In this document: piece by piece, positions 1 to 8,919 of the stretch | Position numbering within the stretch: the first letter of the stretch is position 1 | How the letters are laid out: every line of letters starts with the position of its first letter | NCBI GenBank assembly: GCA_013239625.1 | Contig: MU053588.1 | Span: 2,982,452-3,002,451, forward strand | DNA: 20,000 bases | From: Lama guanicoe | Taxonomy: Eukaryota | Reading direction: 5' to 3' | Notes under the pieces: generated by a model | What the model saw: only the letters and a program-made list of their open reading frames with translations | The model's database searches: none | What the model was told of the DNA's origin: nothing | Translations under genes and position numbers: made by a program

Positions 1-101
1 ACCTGTTCAAGATAAAGATCAAGAGGGACCAGAAAAAGATCGACGAGCCCTGCTCTAGGCACACCTGGAAGCTAGCTAGTCAACACACGGCCAAAGTTTG
101 A
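1..101 (+). pseudogene. pol: 3' tail of ERV pol (integrase C-terminal end), partial
   Basis: Frame 3 reads LFKIKIKRDQKKIDEPCSRHTWKLASQHTAKV* (TGA 99-101) directly upstream of env. It resembles the 'LKLKL.R' end of gamma-type integrase. The 'agccctgctctagg-cacacctggaagct' motif is typical of pol-env junctions in the HERV-E/ERV3/PRIMA41-like groups (from recall). Confidence 0.55.
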
Positions 102-124
102 GGAAAGCTCAACAAAACTGTTAA

Positions 125-301
125 ATATATTCCTCTTGTGCTCCCTTGCCTCTTTCCTTGTTTGCTATACTAGCCTGTGTATTAGCAGTGGGGCTGGCCA
201 GCACCACCCCTCCTGACTGGAATATAGGCCATAGGATCCTGATAGCTATTATATACCTTGTTATAACTAGTGCCATCACTGCAGCATCATGTCTAAGATA
301 A
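125..301 (+). other. Stop-free hydrophobic mini-frame between pol and env (two predicted TM helices, no ATG)
   Basis: Reads IYSSCAPLPLSLFAILACVLAVGLASTTPPDWNIGHRILIAIIYLVITSAITAASCLR* (TAA 299-301) and overlaps the env ATG at 289. Confidence 0.4.
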
Positions 302-1819
302 CCATAAGGCTGATGTTACTGACGCTAATGCCCTCACTCCCCTTGGCTTCACAATGCACCTGCACTGAACCAGGTGACATATCGTCCATGTACCGATGTG
401 TATATTCAGCTTATACTTATCAACCAAGCTGATGCTATGACTCCGCTTCAGAGTGCACATATCAGGGCAGATCCTACTGGACTGGCATGATTAAGGCTTA
501 TTATGTATCTGTCATCAAGTGCTATGGCACACCAGACAAGCTAGTGTGTTGGACCAAGCAAACACATTATGGGATGAGTGATGGAGGAGGAGTACAGGAC
601 CAGGCATGCTGACAAGTAGTCCAACAAGCAGTCCGGAGGCAACACCAAAAGTTATTACCTACCTGGGAGCCAATAAAGCTTCTATCTTTAGCCGAGCCTC
701 AGGATCTAGACCCACAAATAGATGAGCTGTTGGCTGCAGTCCATGGGATTCTCAATCATTCCAATCCAGACATGGCTAAAGATTGCTGGTTATGCTTACA
801 TCCTGGCCCCATCCAGCACCTGGCTTTACCTTTGACAAACTTCACTAAGACTTTCACTATGACTAATAGCGATGCTGCCTCTACCACTAGGAGTTCCAGG
901 CTGAACTCCATACAGCTCACCTACAAGGCACCAGAATGTTATTTCAATAATGGAACTAATCCTTTAGAGGGCAATCTAACTATAAAACAATGTATTAAAA
1001 CCTCACACTATATGGGTCTAGGGTGCCAACCCACACAAGGATGCTGTTCTAATAATGGTACTTATTTTGTGTGTGGCAAATTTGCCTACCAGTGCCTCCC
1101 GGCTGGTTGGGCAGAGTTATGTGCTTTAGCTTATCTCATTCCCTGAATGGACATTATGCCTAATAATCAAAGTCTGCCTATCCCTGTCATAACTCACCAG
1201 CATCCATGAAGGATAAAATGACCCATACAACTGATCCCCTTGCTAGTGGGTCTCGGAGTGGCAACAGGGGTAGGCACAGGAATCGGTGGCAAAGCCTCAT
1301 CCTCTTATTCCTATTATCAGCTTACAGGTGAGTTCAGCCAAGATCTCCAATGAATAGCAGAAACCCTGAGAGCTCTGCAAAATCAGATTTGACTCTCTAG
1401 CCAAGGTGGTCTTACAAAACAGGAGGGGTCTGGACCTACTGATGGCCAAAGAGAGGGGAATGTGCCTCTTCCTAAATGAAGAGTGCTGTTTTTATGCCAA
1501 TCAATCAGGAATTGTCAGAGGGATGATTCAAGGGTTACAAGACAGAGTGGAAAAGAGGAAGCATATTTTAGGCAAGAGCCCAAAGACAGACCCCTGGAGC
1601 TGGATCTCCTGGCTGGCACCGTTCACAAGTCCCTTGCTCCTAATTTTTGTAGTTCTGCTGTTTAGGCCCTGTATCCTAAACTTCCTGACCCGCTTTGTCG
1701 GTGAGCAGATAGAGGTTATAAAACTCCAGATGTTAGCCTCCAATTATGAGCCCTTGCAACAGATAAGTGATGATGCTTACTCCAAGAAAGGTTGTGAAAG
1801 CATCAAGAGAGGGGAATGA
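289..1819 (+). pseudogene. env: Full-length gamma-type ERV envelope pseudogene (about 509 aa reconstructed; RDR/ASCT-type)
   Basis: ATG 289 with signal peptide MSKITIRLMLLTLMPSLPLAS; SDGGGVQDQA at 577-606; CWLC at 784-795; furin site *RIK* at 1207-1221; fusion peptide PIQLIPLLVGLGVATGVGTGIGG; ISD LQNRRGLDLLMAKERG; CX6CC (CLFLNEECC); TM anchor WLAPFTSPLLLIFVVLLFRPCIL. Six in-frame TGA stops (430, 610, 1144, 1207, 1219, 1351) and a +1 T frameshift at about 1390. Confidence 0.96.
1805..1816 (+). promoter_or_regulatory. Polypurine tract (PPT)
   Basis: AAGAGAGGGGAA immediately 5' of the LTR TG. Confidence 0.9.
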
Positions 1820-2230
1820 GAAGGAAAAGCCGGGCTGGGCTAACAAGCTAACTCATAAATCTAAGTGTAATAAGTGTCAGTTTACTGATCTCAGTTCTGC
1901 TGTGCTAACTCATAAATCTGAAGTTTAGTAAGTGTCAGTTTACTGGCTTAACAAGTTAATTTGTAAATCCAAGGTCAACAAGTGTCAGTAACACGATCTG
2001 TTTCTACAAGATAAGTTCCAGTGTACTGATTCCTTGCTTTTGCTGTTCACGCCTTATTGGTTAATAGCCACATCCTTGTAATTAACCCTATAAAACCTCA
2101 TGCACACGTCTTGAAGGTGCTCAGGGCTTCAAAGCAGAAGCCCTTCTGAGCCTGCTGACATAATAAATCTGAGTACTCCAACCCTCCAAGTGGTGCTTCA
2201 TTTCTTGGCTGGCCTGTCGGTTCCGTAACA
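1817..2230 (+). mobile_element. 3' LTR of the ERV (414 bp)
   Basis: TGAGAAGGAA...TTCCGTAACA termini (TG..CA, imperfect inverted repeat); U3 direct repeats 1841-1992; ATTGG (CCAAT box) 2056-2060; TATAAAA 2089-2095; AATAAA 2162-2167. Confidence 0.92.
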
Positions 2231-3167
2231 TAAGTACTTACTTAATTGGGAATTAAAGAAAATCTCGCCCTAAAAATAACTAAGCTGTGGCCCCTTTATT
2301 GTGTACACAGTTAAGTTAAAAAAAAAAGGTGGCCTGAGAAAAACAATTTTTTCAGAATTCTGATCTTACAAAAACAAAAGCCTTCTAAAGGGAATTTGCA
2401 CTTCTCTTCCTGCGCCTTTAAAGATGTGTTTTATCTTTCTCTTGGAATTTTGTGTGTGTGTGTGTTTTAAAAAACTTGATCTTTGCCATTGAAAAGGTAC
2501 AAGTATGGTATACAAATGGCAGCCAAGCAAACAGATTGGGATTCTGAGCAATCCTTTGTACCAATTCTCAGGCATTTTGCCAACTTAACCTTTGTTGCAT
2601 CAGCCTGAACCACAAAGGCCTTTACTTTTTTTGGAAGTAAACTTTTGAATATTATTTAGGCGGTACTCCCCACTCTCTTGTGGGAAAGCCTCTTCATCTT
2701 ATTGGTTTGATATATATCTTCATTGATTATATACATTAAACCAATATATACCTTCTTCTTGATTGGCTTAATATGTAGCTCATTGATGGTCAGATGATAG
2801 ATACTTTAAATTGAGAAACTTCTGAATTGGTAAAACTTTAGAGAGCTCTCATTATAAACAGCTGTTTAATTGGTATCTACTAAAAATTGAATTTAAGGGT
2901 GGAAAAAAATATATATCTAATGGTTAACCTAAGAACTCCTTTAGTTTAAAACAAGAAAAACCAGTTTGGAAAGTCTTATTTGTGTTCTTCCCTTCCCCTC
3001 AAAAGGTTTTAGAGGTGCTAATAAAAATATTAGAATAATTAATGTTAATTAGGTTGAGTAACACTGTAGAAAAAGTCTATAAAGATTTTTCTTAACAAGG
3101 TAAAACTAAGGGACTTATCCCAAATGGATAAACATTTTTCAGATGGTTATTTAAAACACGATAAGTA
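2231..3167 (+). mobile_element. Probable older non-coding ERV1 (MER4/MER41-group-like) internal sequence hosting the provirus and the L1
   Basis: AT-rich, ORF-less sequence whose general style resembles MER4-group internal regions (recall only). It contains (TG)n at about 2451-2465. Confidence 0.4.
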
Positions 3168-3178
3168 GGGGGAACAGC

Positions 3179-3187
3179 CAAGATGGC
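3179..3187 (+). promoter_or_regulatory. YY1 site at the L1 5' end
   Basis: CAAGATGGC about 11 nt after the L1 start, the canonical position. Confidence 0.8.
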
Positions 3188-4269
3188 AGAGTACAAGGAC
3201 ACTTCTAGCTCATCCTCTCCCACAAATACACCAAGACTGACCTCCATGGACCCACCCAGCCAATCAAAGAACCTGCTGAACTTTGACAGAACATCGCCTT
3301 CTTCAAAAGACAAAATACACCACAAATCTGGTAGGAGAAAAGGAAAAAAGAAAGAAGAAAAAGCAAAATAGTGCAGGACTGATCCCGTGGGAAGGGAGTG
3401 GCAAAGGAGGAATAGCACTCCATTGCTGGGTCTCCTCCTCTCCAATGGAGGTCAGCGGGACGGAGGGAGAACCTCCAAGGCTCAGATCTGTATGGAATAG
3501 CCCTTGACCATCAGAACTAAGATAAATGGGCACAAAGGGTCCCCATGACCCTCAGCCCTAGAGGCAAACCGGCAGGTGGGGGATGGGACAGGCTGCCCAA
3601 GCCAGGTGGAGGACTCAGGCCAGCTGTAGGGGCAACCACGGGGGATTGCAATGTGCTGTGCACCATTGCTGGGAGGGTATACAGAGCAAAATAACCTGGG
3701 TCTGCCATAAAACATGGGGAAAAAAAGCAAAGCAACACTGCTGATGTGCCCTGGGGGGAATGGTGCTGTAGCCTTTGTCTCCAAAGACCCGCGGAACCAT
3801 TGCTGGTGTGTTCTCTGGAGAAGAGAGGCAGGACTTGACCACAGCCACCATATCCTCAGGTGTGCAGCGCCCATGCAGGGGTGGGGTCAAAACCTGAATC
3901 TGTACCAAGGGGCTCTGCAACCTCACAGATGGGACTGAGACTTGTTTATAGCCCCAGTCAGATAGGATGGTTCTGCCCCCTGCCTCTGTGAACTCTTGCC
4001 TCTAAGACAAACCAACGAGGAGTGGAGTTGTGGCACAGAGCAGGGGTGAAGTCTGGGTGGCCATTTTCTCCGAGACCACCTACGGAGCAAGGACCAAGAT
4101 GGAGCGGGGAGCTGCACTGGGCAGGGGAGCAACCCACTGGCCTACCATGCATGAGTGCGGTGCCAGCATCAGGAGGGTGTGCAACCCACCTGCCTATGAT
4201 GCACCAGCATGGTGCTGGACCATGGCATCAGAAGGGGGTGCACAGTCTCCATGGGAACATAACCACTTT

Positions 4270-4750
4270 TCTCCTGTTCAATTTTCTTTTACTTACTTAA
4301 TTTTTGCTTTTTAAAAGGTTTTTATGTTTCTATTTTTTAATCCCTTTTAAAACTCTTTTGAAATATTATTATTATATTTTTAATTTATCTCAGTTTCATT
4401 TTTATTTCTCTTTGTTTTGTTCTTCTGTTATCAATTATACTCTGCTTTCAAATCTTTTTTCTTCTTTTATAGTTTATTTTTTTAATTTCCCTAAATTTGA
4501 TTTTTATTGTTCTTTGTTTTGATCTTGTTATTGATTATAATTTGTTTTCAATTTTTTTCTTCTTTTAAGGTTTTTAAAATACGTCTCAACTAGATTTTTA
4601 CATTTCTTTGATTTGTTCTTCTCTTATTGATTATACTGTTTTCAAACCTATTTGTTCATACTGTTTTCAAACCTATTTGTTCTTCTCTTATTGATTATAC
4701 TCTGTTTTCAAACCTTTTTTCTCTTTTAAATTTTTTTTCTAGTTTTATTT
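4270..4750. repeat. T-rich tandem array (about 100 bp period) in the L1 5'UTR
   Basis: Repeated 'tttgttcttctcttattgattatactctgttttcaaa' units, plus a perfect 25-bp duplication at 4633-4657/4658-4682. Confidence 0.8.
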
Positions 4751-4860
4751 CTGCAACTGGTTTAGATAAACAAACAAACAAACAAACAAACAACCTCCTT
4801 AAGGACCACAGTAGATAACTGATACTCCATAATCTATAGTGCCAGAGAGATGTGAGCAAA

Positions 4861-5749
4861 ATGAAGAAGCAGAGGAACCACTCCCAATTAAAAGACCAAG
4901 AGAAATCCCCCGAAAGATCAATCAATGAAATAGACATTGATAGTCTACTAGATCATGATTTCAAAAGAGGAGTGATCAAAGTACTGAAAGGACTAAAAGA
5001 GATTGTGTTTAGAGACAGAGAATATGTCAAAAAGAAAATTGAAACTACAAAAGAGGAGCCAATTAAAATTGGAAAACTCATTTGCTGAGATGAGAGCTGC
5101 GCTACAGAATGTTAAAAGTAGGCTAGATAACACAGAAAAATGAATAAGTGACTTAGAAGACAGGATAACAGAAATAACCCAATAAAAACAGCTGAGAGAA
5201 AAACAAGTAAAAACCAATGAAAATAATATAAGGGACCTATGGGATAATGTAAAGCATGTCAACCTATGCATAATAGGGGTCCCAGAAGGAGAAGAAAGAG
5301 CAAAGGGGATTGAAAAGATATTTGAAAAAATCATGACCAAAAACGTCCCAAACCTAAAGAAGGAATCAGATATCCAAGTACAGGAAGAACAGAGAGTCCC
5401 AAACAAGAAGAACCCAAACAGACCCACACCAAGACATCATAATCAGGATGGCCTGGGTTAAGGCTAAAGAAATGATTCTAAAGACAACAAGAGAAAAACA
5501 AGAGTGAGTTACAAGGAAACCCCCCTAACACTTTCAGCTGATTTTCCTACACAAACACTACAGGCCAGAAGAGAGTGGCAAGACATTCAAAGTCCTGAAT
5601 GGAAAACTATGCAACATAGGCTACTTTAACTAGCAAGGATATCCTTTAGAATAGAAGGAGAGACAAAGAACTTCACAGACAAACAAAAACTAAAAGAATA
5701 TAGCAACACTAAACCTATGTTAAAAGAAATATTGAAAGGTCTACTCTAA
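4861..5749 (+). pseudogene. L1 ORF1, disrupted
   Basis: Begins MKKQRNHSQLKDQEKSPE; contains IRDLWDNVKHVNLCIIGVPEGEE and NPNRPTPRH; ends GLL* (TAA 5747-5749); several stops and frameshifts. Confidence 0.92.
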
Positions 5750-6159
5750 ATAGAAAAGAAGCAGGATGCTACAGAAAGAAGAAAACCATAATTGGAAAGG
5801 TGATAATTACCATGAATTACAACACAATAAAAATGAAATTGTAAAAGAAGACATCTAAATCATTAAGGGTGGCAGAGGGGAGCAAGAAAATATAGAGTTT
5901 TATTTCTTTTTTAATTGTTTGTTCTTGGTAGGATGGGTTTGAGACTATATTATTATCTGTTTAAAACAAATAGTTATAGTAAAGTTTTAATATATGTACA
6001 TAACAGGGTAACCACAAGCCAAAAACTTACAACAGAGATACAAAAACTTAAAAATAAAAAAAAAAACCAAGAAAAAGCAAAGGAAAATTATCAAACAAAA
6101 AAAAGAAAAAGAAAGGAACAAAGAGAAAATACCAAATCAATTGCAAAACTAAGTTCAAA

Positions 6160-8190
6160 ATGGCAATAAACATACTTCTATCATTAATTACTGTAAATGC
6201 CAATGGATTAAATGCTCCAATCAAAAGATAGAGTGGCAGACTAGATAATAAAGCAAGAACCTACAATATGCTGCATACAAGAGACCCACTTTAGGGAGAA
6301 GGACACACAAAGACCGAGAGTGAGAGGATGGAAAAAGATATTCCATGCAAATGGAAATGATAAGAAAGTAGGAGTAGCAATACTGATCTCAGGCAAAATA
6401 GACTTTAAAACAAAGGCCATACACAAAGATAAAGAAGTACATTTTATAATGATTGAAGGAGTAATACAAGATGAGGATATTACACTTATTAACATATATG
6501 CACCCAATATAGGAGCACCTAAATACATAAAACAAATACTAACAGATATAAAGGGAGAAACTGATGGGAATATGATCATTGTAGGAGACTTTAACACCCC
6601 CCCCCATTAACATCACTGGACAGATCTTCAAGATATAAAATAAATAAGGCAACAAAAAATTAAATGACACAATAGAACAACTAAACTTGGTTGATATTTT
6701 CAGAACATTACATCCCCCCAAAATAGAATATACATTCTTTTCAAGTGCACATGGAACATTTTCCAGGTCTGATCATGTACTTGGGCACAAAAGAAACCTC
6801 AGCAATTTTAAGAAGATAGAAATTATCTCAAGGATCTTTTCTGACCACAATGCCATGAAACTAGAAATCAACTACAGAAAGACAAAGGAGGAAAAAAAAG
6901 ACAGCATGGAGATTAAGCAACATGCTTCCAAAAAAAAAAACCCAATGGGTCCATGATGAAATCAAAGAAGAAATTAAAAAATGCTTTGAGATAAATGACA
7001 ATGAAAACAATCACATAGAATCTATGGGATGCAGCAAAGGCAGTGCTAAGAGGGAACTTTATACCAATACAGGCCTTCTGCAAAAAGGGACAATCTCAAA
7101 TACACAATCTAACCTACCAGCTAAAAGAAATAGAAAAAGAAGAGCAACCCTCCACCCCCTAAAGTTAGCAGAAGGAAGGAAATAATAAAGATCAGGGAGG
7201 AAATAAATAAAATAGAGATTTTTAAAAATAGGAAAAATCAATCAAACCAATAGCTGGTTTTTTTGAAAGAGTAAACAAAATTGACAAACCTCTGGCCAAG
7301 CTCATGAAGAAGAGAAAAGAGAGAGCAAAAATAAATAAAATAAGAAAGGAAAATGGAGAAATTACAACCAACAGCACAGAAATACACAATATCATACAAG
7401 AATACTATGAACAACCATATGGAAACAAAATGGATAACCTAGAAGAAATGGACAAATTTCTGGAAACATACAGCCCACCAAGACTGAACAAAGAAGAAAC
7501 TGACCACCTGAACAAACTAATCACTAGAAATGAAATCGAATTAGCAATAAAAAAAAAAAACCTCCCCACAAATAAAAATCCAGGACTGGATGGCTTTATT
7601 GGGGAATTCTACCAAACATACAAAGAAGAAATCATACCAGTCCTTCTCAAACTCTTCTAGAAGATTGAAAAGGAGGGAGTACTCCCAAACTCATTCTATG
7701 AAGCCACCATCACACGGATACTAAAACCAGACAAAGACACTACCAAAAAAGAAAATTATAGACCAATATCACTGATGAACATAGATGCAAAAATCCTCAA
7801 CAAAATATTAGCAAACAGAATCCAACAACACATAAAAAAGATCATACACCACAATCAAGTTGGGTTCATCTCAGTAACACAAAGATGGTTCAACACATGC
7901 AAATCAATCAATGTAATACACCACATCAACAAGAGAAAGGACAAAAACCACATGATCATTTCAATAGATGCAGAAAAAGCATTTGATAAAAATTCAACAC
8001 CCATTTATGATAAAAAAAAAAATCTCACCAAAGTGGGTATAGAAGGAACATATCTGAACATAATAAAAGCTATTTATGACAAACTTACAGCCAGCTCAAT
8101 GGTGAAAAACTGAAAACCTTCCCATTAAAATCTGGGACAAACAAGGTAGTCCACTCACCACTCCTATTCAACATAGTCTTGGAAGTACAG
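6160..8190 (+). pseudogene. L1 ORF2 (EN to RT), disrupted and truncated
   Basis: MAINI..., [37 protein letters not shown] distributed over multiple frames. Confidence 0.95.
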
Positions 8191-8199
8191 CCATCATTC

Positions 8200-8728
8200 T
8201 GTTAAAAAAAAAAAGGTCAACAAACCTGACTGGCCAGTTACTATTCACAGCTCCAGGCCCATTGTTAAAACTAAAGCTATTGATCTGACTGTTTCTACTT
8301 TATTCTGGTAATCAAAAGTTATAATAATGCTTGGTCTCTGAGTGGTTCTCCAGGGAGAAGGTCACAGGACTGTAACCTTACAAAATAGCCTGAATTACCA
8401 AGAAAACCATGCCTTGGGTGTTTATAAGATAAAGAGATTGAAAGAGATAGCCTGTATAGGCTTGGTCACCTGGAGACACCATGACACCACTCTGAGTCTT
8501 ATGAGAAGAAAATAATTCTGTTGTTATCGATGCTTTGTTGTTTGAGCTATGGCTATATAATCACCCTGCCCTATCTCCAAGATGAGTTCACAGCTTTGAA
8601 GGCACTAGCCTGTTATGAGTCCCCTTTGCCTGGCAAAGTAATAAAGCTGTCTCTTTTATTCTAAGCTCCAAGACCCTGTCTCTGAGTTATTTGGCTTGTC
8701 AGGGATGGAGGCTGATTTTTTGGCAACA
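8200..8728 (+). mobile_element. Solo ERV1 LTR (MER41/cetartiodactyl ERV1-LTR-like), 529 bp
   Basis: TGTT...AACA termini; TATATAA 8554-8560; 'gaaggcactagcctg...cctttgcctggcaaagtaataaagct' R region with AATAAA 8640-8645; U5 ending 'gaggctgattttttggcaaca'. Confidence 0.85.
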
Positions 8729-8919
8729 TAGATCTTGGTTACTCTGAAATAGTGTCTAACTGGTGCATTATCCAGGACTTTGACCAATTTTCCTCTCTTC
8801 TATGGCTCCTCTTTTGGTCTCTACATTTATGGCTTACCCAGTGAAGTACAGAAAGCACACATCTGTCAAATTTTGTGACTTGTTGGATGAAGAAAGCCTG
8901 TGGGGAAAAGACTAAAACT

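Larger units (their letters stand above)
3168..8190 (+). mobile_element. LINE-1, 5'-complete and 3'-truncated within the RT domain
   Basis: Starts GGGGG followed by the YY1 motif CAAGATGGC (3179-3187), preceded by a TT/AAAA target site at 3151-3156. GC-rich then T-rich 5'UTR of about 1.7 kb, ORF1, about 410 bp spacer, then ORF2 EN and RT ([35 protein letters not shown]) ending at 'LLFNIVLEV'. Confidence 0.97.

Noticed and set aside
289..612. Secreted truncated SU acting as a suppressyn-like receptor blocker
   Set aside because: The first stop (430) gives only 47 aa, upstream of the SDGGG motif, and the motif's Arg is mutated.
730..1819. ORFs 730-1146 and 1406-1819 as separate genes
   Set aside because: They are fragments of one decayed env and start at TTG and GTG, not at a real ATG.
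1841..4750. Repeat arrays as CRISPR-like
   Set aside because: Mammalian LTR and L1 UTR tandem repeats without unique spacers or cas genes.
4993..6597. Hydrophobic minus-strand ORFs (4993-5427, 6241-6597; also 18246-18854) as membrane proteins
   Set aside because: They are antisense shadows of A-rich L1 ORF1/ORF2.
8838..8897. Minus-strand 60-nt exon-like segment (ccccacAG...TGG|GTAAGC)
   Set aside because: It is isolated, gives no recognisable peptide, and probably lies within ZNF277 3'UTR-derived sequence.
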